64,000 nucleotides of DNA from a virus (taxonomy: Duplodnaviria; Caudoviricetes), in IMG/VR virus record IMGVR_UViG_3300028591_000087, positions 64,001 through 128,000 of that record; one strand, written 5' to 3'. Below, piece by piece: positions 1 to 13,800 of this stretch (positions are counted from its first letter, which is position 1; every line of letters starts with the position of its first letter). Below the pieces are notes generated by a model. The model saw nothing but the letters and a program-made list of their open reading frames with translations. It was not told the origin of the DNA and ran no database searches. The translations under genes and the position numbers were made by a program.

Positions 1-552
1 TTTAGTTAGTGGTGTGTAATACGTGGTCCAGTTGAAACTAAAATAAATACTATTCAAAAGGCTGGTATTGTTGCAGATGTGCCGAATTTGACTCTTGATA
101 TATATATGGCTGATACTGAAAGAAATAGACGTACATTTGAGAGATATGTGAATTTTGAGTTTGATGAAAGATTTTGGAAAGTATAGGCTGTGGATTTTAT
201 AAGTACACCTGGCGTGTATGAAATTGTAGCTGAAGAGGATTATGAATGTCATAATCATGAACAATATTTACAAGTTGAGAAACCAGAACCAGTGCCGGCA
301 GAGGTAAATGAGATTTTAGGTGACGCTTCAATTAAACCAAGTGAGAAACATTGCTATATGATGAAGCTACCTGCCGTAGGTGAATGGACAATTACATTAC
401 CGGCAACTAAGAATAAAGAGATAGATGATGTAATGGACTACACTATTGATGGTGATAAAATCTTTGTTACTTGGACAATGTTGCGGTCTGGATCATTTAT
501 ACTTCATTATGGTGAATATGAAAAAACTGTAAATGTTGAATCATTATTTTAA
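1..552 (+). CDS. Virion neck/head-tail connector-region protein, 5'-truncated
   Basis: Frame open from base 1 when TAG (7-9, 184-186) is read as Gln: ...VIRGPVETKINTIQK...FWKVQAVDFISTPG...; ends in TAA. Function inferred from position upstream of the tail tube gene. Confidence 0.6.
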
Positions 553-566
553 GGAGAAAATGGAGT

Positions 567-1097
567 ATGAAAGTCGGAGAGGAATTTTTCAATCCTGAAT
601 CAAGTTTTTTAATTATTGAAAAGGATTTAGAAAAGATTGCTAATAAAATGCTGAAAAATCAACGGCTTTTAAAATTATTGCATTACCGTGAGGCGAATGC
701 ATTAGACAAGCCTAGTTTAACACAAGCTGAAAAATTAGCATTAATAAACCATGAAATAAAAATTGTTCCAAAGATTGACATTGAAAAAGAATGTCCTATT
801 TATGTGATTATCACTTTTGATAATTTTACGCCGAATGTGAATAATGATAAATTTAGAGATTGTACTTTAAGTTTTGATATTTTTTGTCATCCTGATCATT
901 GGAATTTGGGTAACTTTTAGTTACGTCCTTATAAAATTGCGGGCGAATTAGATGCTATGTTTAATAATACAAAGATGACTGGTATAGGAACATTATAGTT
1001 CATGGGTGCTAATAATTTAGTACTTAATGATCAATTGATGGGTCTTACATTATTGTATAGATCTGTACAAAGCACAGAGGATACGTTACCAGTTTGA
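567..1097 (+). CDS. Putative tail completion/terminator protein (176 aa)
   Basis: Track ORF 567-920 continues through TAG 918 (GNFQLRPYKIAGELDAMFN) and a second TAG to TGA 1095-1097. Function inferred from position. Confidence 0.6.
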
Positions 1098-1852
1098 ATA
1101 AGTTAATGTTATTAACTGGTGTTGATGTTCCAATACCATTGTTATAGTTAACTTTGCATTAGCCAACAATTCGAGAAATTTCTTATATGGGTGAATTGAA
1201 TTATTTTTCTACATTATAGATATTGTGTTTTGAGAAAAATACTATAATAGCCTCTAACCCAGAGGGCGCTTCTAGTTTATCTAATATGACTGATTTTCAG
1301 ATATTTATGACATTGATAAACAATCCAGACGTAAAAGAAAGATCACGGATTTAGGGTAATCTTGTTGATGTTTTGACAATTTTATTTCCTGGATATGTTC
1401 CTTAGATTATGCCGAATGGATTAGGAATTATGCTGAATAATCCTGAAAAAAAACATAACTTAGTTATTAATGATACAAATTTTGATATATTTAAGAAATC
1501 ATTGATGGAAGTCACTGATATACGCAATAGCGTAGGTGGCGAGAATTCCGGTTTTAATCCACGAAGCAAGAAAGCGGCCGCAATTGCGGCTAAGATAATG
1601 CGAGGACGCGCACGAGCTGCAGCCGATAAAGGCTATAATGGTGATGGCGTACTCGGTAGATATGTTTCTATTCTCACTGTCGGGCTATCGTCCATGAGTT
1701 TAGCTGATTGTCTAAACTTAACAACGTATCAGTTGTACGATCTTATTGAACGGTATGGCTTATACATTGGGTGGGATTTAGATATACGGTCACGTCTGGC
1801 TGGCGGTAGTCCGGATAATAAACCAGACGACTGGATGAAAGATTTACATTAA
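1094..1852 (+). CDS. Conserved tail-region protein, possibly chaperone-like (252 aa)
   Basis: TTG start overlaps the previous TGA (alternative ATG at 1106); reads LLTGVDVPIPLLQLTLHQPTIREISYMGE through several TAGs into track ORF 1409-1852; ends in TAA. Confidence 0.7.
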
Positions 1853-1870
1853 ATAAGGAGGAAATAACCT

Positions 1871-2905
1871 ATGAAATTTGGTGTACGTGAGATTTGCGAC
1901 GTCGTTCTTAAGAGAAAAGCAGCTGGTTATTTCGGCAAGTTGTATCTCGATAAGAACATGCCAGTTCTCTATTTTGATACCTTAAAGACCTCTAGCTTAG
2001 AGGGTCAGGCAGCCACCGTTTATGCACAGGGTGGTAAAGGTAATCCACGCTTGGTTGCATGGGAAGGTGACAGAACTGTTACATTCACAATGGAAGATGC
2101 CTTGATTTCTCCAGAAAGCTTCTCTATTCTTTCTGGTGCTGGCTTCATTGATGCAGAAGATGGCGCTCCAATCTATGTTCATACAACTGAACAGGTTGAA
2201 ATCAAGAATAATACTATTACTCTTTCTAAGAAGCCTGCAACCAAAGGTGAAATGTACTTGTTACTTATGACCGAAGATGGTTCTATTAATACAAGCAAGC
2301 TTCCTATGAAGTTACCTACTGCTACTGTTGCAGGTATTGGTGATGATCTTAGTTTAAGTCTCTCTACTGCATTCCAGGCTTGGGAAACTGAATACAACAC
2401 TGATACTCGTCACGTTGAACTTCGTCAGGCTGGCGTTTTGAGCGAAGTTTCTGCACCTGTTGGTGTAAGAACTGAAGCTGCTCTCCATGCTGGTGATGGT
2501 GACTATATTATCGGTGGTACCGAAGCAACTGATGACCAGGGTTCTGTTATCTATGTAGATTATTATGTAGAAGCAAAGTCTGGCGCAAAACAGATTGATA
2601 TTGAAGCTTCTAAGTTTGGTGGATCTTACTATCTTGAAGCATCTACATTGTTCCGTGATCAGGCAACTGGTGAAGATTATCCAGCAGAATTCATTATTCC
2701 TAATTGTAAGGTACAGTCTAACTTTACCTTCACAATGGCTCCTACTGGTGATCCTTCTACCTTCACCTTTACGATGGACGCTTTCCCAGATTACACTAAG
2801 TTCGACAAGACCAAGAAAGTAATTGCTGCTCTTCAGATCGTTGAAGATAAGGAATTGTTTGGTGCTGTTGCTGGTGGAAGTCAGGAAGAAGAACCAAAAT
2901 TATAA
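1871..2905 (+). CDS. Major tail (tube) protein
   Basis: AAGGAGG RBS; tail-tube-like motifs LYFDTLKTSSLE, YAQGGKGNPRLVAWEGD and FTMAPTGDPSTFTFTMD; no TAG; followed by a terminator. Confidence 0.8.
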   Translation: MKFGVREICDVVLKRKAAGYFGKLYLDKNMPVLYFDTLKTSSLEGQAATVYAQGGKGNPRLVAWEGDRTVTFTMEDALISPESFSILSGAGFIDAEDGAPIYVHTTEQVEIKNNTITLSKKPATKGEMYLLLMTEDGSINTSKLPMKLPTATVAGIGDDLSLSLSTAFQAWETEYNTDTRHVELRQAGVLSEVSAPVGVRTEAALHAGDGDYIIGGTEATDDQGSVIYVDYYVEAKSGAKQIDIEASKFGGSYYLEASTLFRDQATGEDYPAEFIIPNCKVQSNFTFTMAPTGDPSTFTFTMDAFPDYTKFDKTKKVIAALQIVEDKELFGAVAGGSQEEEPKL

Positions 2906-2918
2906 TTGAATGACAATA

Positions 2919-2953
2919 GGGGAGATACGAATAAGTATCTCCCCATTTTTTTT
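2919..2953 (+). terminator. Rho-independent terminator
   Basis: GGGGAGATAC-gaataa-GTATCTCCCC followed by a T-run. Confidence 0.85.
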
Positions 2954-2976
2954 ATTACGCGGAAAAGGTGATGCTA

Positions 2977-4206
2977 ATGAGACAACATGTTACTAATTTA
3001 AGTTATTTTCATGTTGAAGCTAAATATAGAAGTTAGTATGGCAATGTACCTCCGCAACAAATTTTATAGATGGTTCATCAAGAATTATATAATAAATATA
3101 AAAACGTTGCATGGGGAAAAACGAAACAATCTGGCGAAGGTACTCCAGCTGAGGCCAAAATGTTACAAGATTATTTACAAGATTTGAAAAAGGTTGCTAA
3201 TGAAATGACTGGATCTGGGGAAAAAGCAGATAATTTAATATCTGGAATTAGTAAAGAAATATTACAATCTGTGCTTTAGACTTCTAATGCTGGTAAGTAT
3301 TTTATGCAACAATGGATATAGTATGGACCTCAACAACGAGGAGCTGTTTTTGAACAGGAATTAGGTTAGGTTTTTGCTGGAACATTTGAGGTTGCTAGCG
3401 GAGGTAAATTTAAAAGCGATGGTTCCGATTATGTTTGGGGCACTTAGCAAGTTGATATTGGTGGAGCAAAAAAAGATATATTAAAAGAGTTGGCAAGAAA
3501 AGTTGGCCAAGAAGCTATTAAAGATGCTGGCAAATATTTAGATAAACGTTTTTCAAATGCTGAAATTAATCCTCTTATAAAAGATATGATACAAGTTGAA
3601 GTTAATGGTAAAGTAGATATTGCTGGTATGAAATGTGAATATAATTTTTCTGCTGAACCAAAAAGTAAACTAGTGACAATTGCTGAATTACTTCAAAAAG
3701 CTACAATTACTGCAAAATCTTATGCATCTAAGCAAAGATCGGGTAATTGGATAGATGAAAATGGAATTCGTCATTATTTAAATGCAACAATTAAAGTTAT
3801 TCATTTAGGTTCTACATATTCTAAACGTATTATTATGGATACTTTGACAGGAAGAGTACCGATTAAAGTTGCTTTAAGTTATCAAATTGTTATTCAAAAT
3901 AGTCAAAATGTTGATGTACAAGTTGCTTTAAGTAAATTACGTTTTATGTATGAATTAACTGGTGTTGGACAAAAATATGTTGATGACATTTATAGAAAAT
4001 GGATGGCGGAAAATGGGGCATTAGGTGCTAAATATCTTATTTATAATGACCCTGCTTCATTAAATATTTATGTAAAAAGTAGTGCTGAATTAATTATGGA
4101 AGCTGAAAAAGCTATTAATGAAGTAATTGATTGGAATAATAGTAAAATGGAATGGGGCGCTAGTTTATCTAAACAACTTGTTAGTGGTGGAAATTAGTCA
4201 ATTTAA
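2977..4206 (+). CDS. Hypothetical protein (409 aa)
   Basis: AAGGTG RBS; track ORFs 3070-3279 and 3490-4197 share a frame and are joined by TAG read-through; ends at TAA 4204-4206. Confidence 0.75.
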
Positions 4207-4223
4207 AAATTTTTTGGTATAAT
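4195..4223 (+). promoter_or_regulatory. Sigma-A/70-like promoter with extended -10
   Basis: TAGTCA-N17-TATAAT with TG-N before the -10, followed by an AAGGAGG RBS. Confidence 0.55.
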
Positions 4224-4246
4224 AAGAGAAAAAGGAGGCCAGAAAG

Positions 4247-4771
4247 ATGGCTAAAGTTAGTTTTAATAAAATTACTCCAATTAAATCTGGAGAGATTAAA
4301 GAATTAGAAATTAATGGCGAGAAGATTATAGTAAAGCAATATCTTCCTACAGATGAATTAACCGCATTAATTGTAGATGTAATGAATTTTACATTTGACA
4401 ATGATGGATTTGTAAGTCCACTTAGATATGAAATTTATAGTAAAATGTATATTGTTAAATATTTTACTAATATAAATATTACAGATACAATGATTGATAA
4501 TATTGAAAAGACTTATGATTTATTAGTTTTGAATAATATTATTAATCAAGTATTAGATAGTATTCCAGATGACGAAATTTGTCGTATTGAAAACATTATG
4601 TGGGATACTATGAAAAAGATTCAAGAATATAATACTTCTTTTATTGGTTGGATTAAAACAACAGCGAATGATAAAGCATTGGCAGAAATGGATTTACAGA
4701 AAATTGTAAGTGAATTACAAAATACTGAAAATTTTGAAACGGTAAAAGAAGTAATGGAAAATATGACCTAA
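4247..4771 (+). CDS. Putative tail assembly chaperone
   Basis: 174-aa acidic helical protein directly upstream of the tape measure gene; no TAG. Confidence 0.6.
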   Translation: MAKVSFNKITPIKSGEIKELEINGEKIIVKQYLPTDELTALIVDVMNFTFDNDGFVSPLRYEIYSKMYIVKYFTNINITDTMIDNIEKTYDLLVLNNIINQVLDSIPDDEICRIENIMWDTMKKIQEYNTSFIGWIKTTANDKALAEMDLQKIVSELQNTENFETVKEVMENMT

Positions 4772-4793
4772 GAGCCGAAAGGCTCTTTTTTTT
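4771..4793 (+). terminator. Terminator/attenuator between chaperone and tape measure genes
   Basis: AGAGCC-GAAA-GGCTCT followed by a T-run. Confidence 0.7.
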
Positions 4794-4817
4794 ATGAGAG
4801 AAAGGAGTTGACAATAA

Positions 4818-7800
4818 GTGGCAGGAAATAACAGAGTGCAGTACACAATAGGTGTAAATGCTGATACTAAATAGGCTGACGCGCAATTGGCTAAATTAAG
4901 TTCAACTCTTGATAAGATATAGAAATAGGCTGCAAGTAAAGTTACATTAGATTTAAAAATGGATAGAGCCGCAGAGTCTGCTAGAGTTTTATAGCAATCT
5001 TTACAAAAAGCAACTAATATTGATACAGGAAAATTAAATTTATCTAAATTTAATCAAGAATTACATCAAGCTGGCGTTTCTTTAGAAGAATTAACTTCTA
5101 GTTTATTACAAGCTGGTTCTAGTGGTTCAACAGCTTTTGTTCAATTAGCTTCGTCTATTGCTGGAGCAGAAGTTCCTATTAAGCATATGAATAGTACACT
5201 TGCAAATTTTGCAACTACTTTAAAAAATACAGTTAAATGGGAAATTTCTTCTAAATTAGTCCATGGTGTAGAAAGTTTTTTATCTGGTGCAATTAATTAT
5301 GCAAAAGATTTAAATGGTACACTTAATGATATTCGTATTGTTACAGGTGCTTCTATTGCGGATATGGGTAAATTTGCTGATCAAGCAAACAGAATGGCAA
5401 AAGAATTATCTGCAACAACACAAGAAATTGCTAAAGCATCTTTGATCTACTATCAACAGGGTGATAGTGCGGAAATGGCTGCGAAAAAAGCTGCAATTAC
5501 AACAAAAGCAGCAAATGTAGCATTTACCGCGTCTGCGCAAGAAATGTCAGAAATGTTAACTGCTGTTTGGAATTCTTATCAAATGGGCGAAGATCAACTC
5601 GAACATGCTGTTGATGTTATGGCTCATTTAGGTGCAACTACTGCATCAAGCATGGAAGAAATGGCAACAGCCATGCAGAAAGTTGCTGCTACGGCGAATA
5701 ATGTTGGTGTATCTATGGAATAGATGTCTGCTATTGTTGCTACATCTGCTTCTGTTACAAGACAAGCTCCGCAGGTTATTGGTACTGCTTGGAATACAAT
5801 TTTAAGTCGTTTAGGTGGTTTAAAATTAGGGGAAACACTTGAAGATGGCGTTGATCTTAATAAGTATTCTAAAGCATTAGCATCTATTGGTGTGCAAGTA
5901 TTAGACGCGACTGGTAACTTAAAAGATATGGGTGGAGTTGTTGATGAAATTGGTGCAAAATGGGATACAATGACTCGCGCGCAATAGTCTGCATTAGCAC
6001 AAACCATTGGTGGTACTCGTCAATATACATAGATCTTAGCATTTTTTGATAATTTTGATAAATATTAGAAAAATTTATAGACTGCAAATAATTCTGAAGG
6101 TGCATTAAATAAACAGGCTGAAATTTATGCTCAATCTTGGGAAGCAGCTTCTAAGCGCTAGAAAGCTGCATTGCAAAATGTATTTACTTAGGTTATTAAT
6201 GATGAAGCTATTATTAAAGTTACAAATAGTTTAACAACTGTAATAGATCGTATTGGAGATATTGTCAAAGGATTTGGTGGAGTTCAAGGTATTTTATTAA
6301 CTTTAGGCGCCGTAGCAATGAAAGTATTTAATAGTTAGATTGCTACAGGTATAGATTCTGCTTTAACTAGAATTAAAAGTTTTGGAGCTATGCTTGGTTA
6401 GGCTAGAGTTATTAGTAAAAAACATGGAAATGAACGTACTGTAAGAGATGCTACTGGCCATCCAGTATATGATGAAAAAGGTAGAGAAAGAAAGACTATT
6501 GTAAATGCTGAAACTGGATTAGGAGTTGATGCAAAAACTAGATTAGGTCGTTTTATTGGTGCTATAAAACAATAGGGTAATTATGAAATGCGTCAACAAA
6601 GAGCGGCTATATAGGAAAGTAAAGCATAGATTAATGCTTCTATTTCAGAACCAGGAACTAATGCGGAAGGAATTGCTTAGACTTCTGCTTAGAATTTATT
6701 AACATTAAAAGAAAAATTATTAAATACTGAATATAAGTTAAGCGCAGCGTAGTAGAAAGTTGCCTAGGAGGCAATTAGTGCTTATGGAAAAGAGTCAGAA
6801 AAATTAGTTGAATTAATTTCTAAATCTGAAGAATTAGAAAAACAATAGAGAAAGCATCATAGTGAACAAGCCAGTAGTTTATATTTAAGTAAAGGTAATA
6901 AAAAGGGTGGCAAAAAAAGTAAAGCTAAAAAAATGAATGTGTCAGATATATAGCAAAATCTTGATAAATATGTTCAAAATGCAACGGTAGACCAAGTTTG
7001 GCAAGATATGTCTGTTAACGGCGAAGAAAAATTAGAAATGAAAGATTGGCAAAATGCTGATAAAAATTGGAATGCTTATTATCGTAATACTTTAGGGACT
7101 AGAGTTGGACAAATGATTGAAGCTGTTAGCGGTGATGAAGGTAATAAATTATAGGAATTATATAATAAAATTGGAAAATTGCATGATAATGGTGATGATT
7201 TATCTAGTGTAAAGTCACACGTTAAAGAACTTATTGAAGAGATGAAGCGTTTAGGTACTGAAGGAGCTAAGGGCGCTGAAGAAGCAGAGGCAGCATTAAG
7301 CAAACTAGGAGATGAAGGTACTGCAGCTTTAAATGAAGCTCAACAAGAGGTATAGGAAAGAAGAGAAAGTATTCAAGAAATAGGAAATTAGTTTGCAAAT
7401 ACAGAACGATCACGAGAAAGCGCAGAACAAAGTTTAGAAGAAAAATATCAAACTACTAAATTTGCTCAAGGAATGGCTAAAGTTGCATCTGCAGCAATGA
7501 CTGCGATGTCTTCTTTTAGCGCAATGGAAAATACTTTTTCGATAATGAGTGATAAATCAGCTAATTTTTCTTAGAAAGTAACTTCTATATTAAGTACTGT
7601 TGGTAATTTAACTAATGCTTGGTCTCAAGGTCTTATTAGTGGTCTTACTGCTACTATATCTGCTGGGCTTGGATTATTAATAGCTCGTTAGGAATAGTTA
7701 GAAAAAAATAATCAAGCATCACGTAAACAAATTTCTGATGAAATAAATGAAAATACTAATAAACTAGTTGAAGATACTGAAAAAGCTGTTGAAGCATTAA

Positions 7801-10800
7801 AAGAATATGAAAAATTAAAGTCTTAGTTTGAAGAAAATGAAATATCGAGAAATGAATATGTAGCTGGTTTAACTAATATAACTAATTCTTTAGATATTGA
7901 AGGAACACATGTTGCAGAATTAACAGGGAATTATCGTGAATTAGAAACTGCTATTAAAAATGCTACAGCAGAAAGATTAGCTTCTAATTCAAAAGAAGCG
8001 TTTATAGAATATAGTAATGCCAGAGATTCAAGTTAGACATTGTTATTATCTGCAAAAGAGCAAGATTCTAATAGCTATATTGATTTAAAGAAATTTCAAA
8101 ATTAGTCTAATACTGCTGTTGAATCAATTGATTTTTTAGAACAAATGTTAAATAGTGGTGAATATAAGGCTAATTTAAAACGATTTAGTCAAACAGATTC
8201 TGTTGAAGAAATTTTTAATTTAATGTTTGGTGGTATTACAGGAGTTTCACGTGGACAAGACGGAATTCTTGGTGGTGGATTCGCAGATGATTTATATTTT
8301 GAATCTGATATTGAAACATTAAAACAATTATCTGATCGATTTAAAGAGTTAAGAGAAAAAGCTTCTGATGTGACTGATCCAATGCGCAGTATTTATGGAG
8401 CAATTATTAGTTCTATTCCTTTTTAGAATTTAGAATCATACGTAAATAGTGCAGTAGATCCAGTAAAAAAATTATAGGCTGTATCTATGAAATCATTTGC
8501 ATCAGAATATTTGAATACTATTAATAGAAATACATTTGTATCTAATTATAAATCAAATTAGGAATAGTTTGGTAGAGATGCACTAATTCAATAGGTATTA
8601 AATGTTTGGGATAGTAAAAATATTGATATTAGTGAATATGGAGAAGAAGATGCTAAAATTTTAGCTCAACAATTTGTTGATGCATTTTTAGATGGATTTT
8701 CTGATTTATCATTTGAGACTGCAACTGAAAAAGATGCTGCCGCAATGCGAGATTAGATTTATAAAATTTTAGATAATATTTTATCTCCAGAAAAAGCATC
8801 TGAAATTAAAGACTATATAAAACAAAATTGGGATAATATTTTTAAAGATATATTTGCAAATATGAAGAACCCATATGAATTTGATTGGGGTTCTTTAGAA
8901 AATACTGAAATAGAAGATATTATTCCAAATCTTCAGGGCTTATCTGAATATAATAAAGCTACAAATAAATATGAGACATTATTAAATTATACTACTAGAA
9001 ATGATCTTACGTCTGCAGATTTACCAGATATTTTAGGTTTATTAAATGATGAAGATATTTCAAGAATATTTGATAATTAGTACAGTACTGTTAGTTCTCT
9101 TTAGTCTGCATTAGATAATGGTCTTGTAGATAAAACAAAAGTTTTAAATACTATTTTAAATGATTTAACAGCTAATATAATGCTATATTATGATGCAATT
9201 TTAGATCCTGCGACAGTTTTATAGGCTAGCATTACAAAATAGGTAGCTGATATTCGAAATAATTGGAAAACACGTATAGGAAAACCGACTATAGATGAAG
9301 AAACTTTAAGTGAATATTTAGAAAATGGGCAAAAAATTTATGATGCTGATAAAAAAGATTTAGCTAATCAAGAAGAAAAAGAAGAAGTTTCAAAAGTTTT
9401 ACGAGCTTTAATTGATAACAGCCCTTCTTTTAAAAAATTTATGTTAGAGCAACTTGCTGACATGGATACTGGACTAAATTGGGTGTCAAATGAATCTTTA
9501 ATTAATGGATATACTGATAGTGGTAGACCAACATATTTTTCCGCGTTAACTGATGAAAAACTTAAATATGTAATAGGTGTTGCTCAATAGTATTATACAG
9601 CTGATAGTATATAGAAAGGGCAACAATTAAATACAACATTAAATAATTTACCAGAAATAAGATATGGTGCATCTACATCTATTACTTCTTCTAAAACTAT
9701 CCATACTTAGGAAGAAGCTATGGCAGCTGAACAAGAAAGACAAAAAGCAAAATCTGATGCGGAAAATGCTAAACGAGAAGCTGAGGAACGAGCTAAACAA
9801 GCTCAACGAGATAAGATTAAGACTGATATTACTAGCTTAAAAGATATTAATTTAAAAAAATTAGATGTTATTACTCCTCAAATACAAGCATTATTAAATT
9901 TAGATGAACAATAGGTATTAGATTTCCATAAATTAGATACACAAAGTTAGGAAAATTTTATTACTCAAGCTTTAAAAGAAAATAAGACTAAACTTGAAAA
10001 TTCTTATGCTGAAGATGAAGAAATTAGTTTAGAAGATAAATAGATATTAGCTATATTAACTCAATTAATACAAGAACGTGAAAACGCTCCAGATAAAGCT
10101 AATTATGAAGCTGCTTATGAGGCAACCAAAACAGCATTACAAGAATAGCAAACTGAATTAACTAAAATGTAGTCCGGAGCGAATACTTTATTAAATAATT
10201 ATCAAACAGGAAAATTAGATAATGTTGCTTTAAATACATTAAGTCAAAGTGGCTTAGGAAAATTAGTTCAAGATTATCAAACTGTAACGACTGAGCAAGA
10301 ACGTTTAAATATTGCTACTCAAGCATATAGTCAATATTTACTTCAATAGCAAGAATATTTAACTGAATAGAATAAATTATACCAAGAAATTAATAGTAAT
10401 ATAAACAAAATGACAGATGAACAAAAAGAAAGTACTGATAAAATTACTGACTCAACACAATTTATTAAAGATTATTTTGGTAATGTAAGTGAGCCAACAA
10501 AAGGATTATTATTGTCTGCAATGCAAACAGTGGCTTCTAAAAAAGGAGTCGCATCTATTGCTGACATGTCAGTTAAAGAAATGCTTCCTGCATTATAGGA
10601 ATATATTGATACTGTTATTACAGAAAATAATAATGCGTTTTAGACTATTAAAGCAACTGGTATTGATACATTAACTTCAACTTGGGAAGCTGCAGCGTCT
10701 GAGGCGGCTACGGCTGCAAAGAGTTCGGTAGAAGAATGGGAAACTGCGTTCTCTAATATTGCTGTGCTAAGAGAAAAGTTATTAAAAGGTGAAAGCATTG

Positions 10801-13800
10801 CTAAAGATGTATTTGGTGATTGGACTAAATACAGAGATGCTTATCTTGCCAGTGGCGAAGAAAGTTATGAAGAATTTAATAAAAAAGTTTTATTAAATGA
10901 TGATACATTAAATTTACAGCAAAAAGACTTTAAAGATTATACAGAAAGACTTAAAAAGAATTTTGGATTAACTAGTCAAACAGTTGGACGCGATGGAATG
11001 TACATATCTGCAGAAGCATAGATGTCTGCGGAAAGAGCTAAATTTAGTCGTAAATATACTAATTTACCTGAATATGCAGTTAATTCCATGTGGGCAAGTA
11101 GTAATGAAAGAAAATTAGCAGAAACATATGTAAGACAAAATGCAAAGACATTATTACAAAGTTACTATGGAGATAGTAAAACAGAGACAGAAATTAATGA
11201 TCTAGTAGATCAATATATGCATGGCTCAGTTGAAGTTATGCAAGAAGCTGCTAATGCTATGAATAAAGTAGCTGATGGCATGGCGCAAGGTACTGAAAGA
11301 GATCAATTACTTTCTGATGTTGAAATTCAACAATAGGAAATTACTGAACAACAAAGTACAGCAAGAGAATTATTGGAGTCTATTATTACTGGTAAAGTAG
11401 ATACTCCATGGCAAAATCGTTTAGATAAAAATGAAGCAAAAAATGAACAGAAATTATAGGAATTAGCTGATGCATTAAATATGCCATTAGAAGATTTAAA
11501 GAAATTATCATATGAACAAATACAAGAAAAATATAAAGAACTTGGTATACAAATTGATAAAACTGCGGATGAATTTAATATATTAAATCAAGCAATCGCC
11601 GCCGGTGATTTTGATGGTAAAAAAGTTTCAAATTATACAAAGGATGGTCATATTTTATTTGAAACAGATTAGCCAATTACAAAATATGGTTCTGAAGCAG
11701 GATATGATACAGAAAAACTTGCTAGACAAGATTGGTTAGCAATGAAAAAATCTGGCGAAGTAAATATCGAAAACACAAAAGTTGTTAAAGGTAATGATGG
11801 AAAATATTATATACTTGATAATGTTGAAGAATCATAGGTAGAAGAAGGTAAATATACTTCTACAGCAAAATCAAATGTTGCGGGTGAATCAGAATCTGCT
11901 CTTGATCAAGCTAATAAATAGGCTCAAGAAGATTGGCTATCTAATCGTAGTAAAGAACTTGAAAAATTAGATGCTTTACAAATTGATTTAAATAATCCTG
12001 ATGTAAAACCTGCTAAACTTGTTAATGATTGGGAAGCATTAGCTAGCACTCTTGATTTAACTAACGAAAAGATTGCTTATTATTATCAATAGATGCAACA
12101 GGCTGGCGATGATAGTGACAAATTATAGGCTGCTATTGATGGAATGACTGCTTCAATTCTTCAGCAAGGCGATGTAATGCTTACTGATACTGAATCTTTA
12201 AGCTTAATGCTTTAGCAATTTGCTGAATTATATAAAGTTACTGATAAAAGTGGTAATGCTTTAAATTATAATACATTAATGGCAATTCGTTTAGCAAGAG
12301 AAACATTAAGTTTAAAGAGCATAGTACAAGATTTAAATACTAAAGTTAAAACATATACTAATAATACTGATTATGCCTCAGATTCAGTTAAAGATTTACG
12401 TAAAAAATTAAATGAAGCAAATGAATCATTTGATGATTATGTAGATAAATTAAACGATGCATCTGATGAAGAAAAAGATTTATTAAAAGCAACTAATAAC
12501 ATGATCAACGGATTTGAAGATTTAGGAAAAGAATTAGGCGTAAAACCTGAAGAATTAGATGATTATGTTGATTCATTAATAGATGCTGAAGATACTTCTG
12601 ATTTTGTTAAAAAAGCTTTAAGTAATGTTGGACAAGAAACAAAAAATGCTTTAGCTGAAGCTGCAGACTATTTTACTGGCGAAGATTTTAAAACTGATAT
12701 GGCAGCAGATGTTAATGCAGAATTAGCAAGAGATTTTAATGACATGGTAACTCAATCAGCTGCACTTTGTGATATTTCAGTTGTAGAAATGAATCAAGTT
12801 TATGATAATTTTATGGCTGAATTGAAATAGCATAGTGGAGATGTCAATGAAATCAATTGGGGCAATGTAATTCCTAATCTTGATGTAGATACATCAAAAA
12901 TACAAAGTGTATTAATTAATTTAGTAAATTTAGCAAGTTCAGTTAAAAGTGCGGTAACTGGAACTGGAGTAACTGCTTTAAGTGGATTAGTTAATAATAT
13001 TGGAAAAATAAAACAGGCTTTAGCATTAGCTAAAACCGCTAATACCAAAGGCGGCGGAGGCGGTGGCGCTTCTAATGTTAAAAATGATGTTGCTCCTACT
13101 GAATCTTCTGGTGGTGGCGGTGGTAATAAAACCAAGAAGTCGCTTGAAAAAATGCAAGAAGATGAAAAAGAACGCTATCATGAAATAACAAAGCGCATTG
13201 ATGAACAAAGCAAAGAATTAAATAAATTAGACAAAATTAAATCCGCAGCTTTTGGTGCAAATCATATTAAAGCTATTAACGATGAAATTACAGCATTAAA
13301 GAAAGAAAAAGTTTTATATGATGAATTAGCGACAGAAGCAAATAGTAATCTTGCAACTAATAGATCTGCTCTTGTCGGATTTGGTGCAACGTTTAATTCA
13401 GATGGTACAGTAAATTATGATGAGTTTATGAACAAAATTACTCGTGAGTATAATGCTGCCGTTGAGAAGTATAATGACACAGACGCAGAAGACCAGAAGA
13501 AAGCAAAAATAGATTTAGATTATGCAAAAGAAAGATATGATAAAGCAAAAGAAGCATTAGAAGATTATGAAGAAGATATGGAGAAAGTACAAGATGCTGA
13601 AGAAAATCTTCTTGATATTGTAAACCAGATTTCCGCAAAGACTCTTGAAGCTATTGAGTATAAGATTGAAGTTAAGTTTGATATCAATGACCGCGATGTT
13701 AAATATATGCAATATCTTAGAAACAAATGGGAAGACGTGTTAGATAAAGCAGATGAATCAATGGAACAAATGATCAATGAAGCAAAAGAGTATAAGGATA

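Noticed and set aside
4808-4813. TTGACA next to the TMP ribosome-binding site
   Set aside because: No -10 element at the proper spacing.
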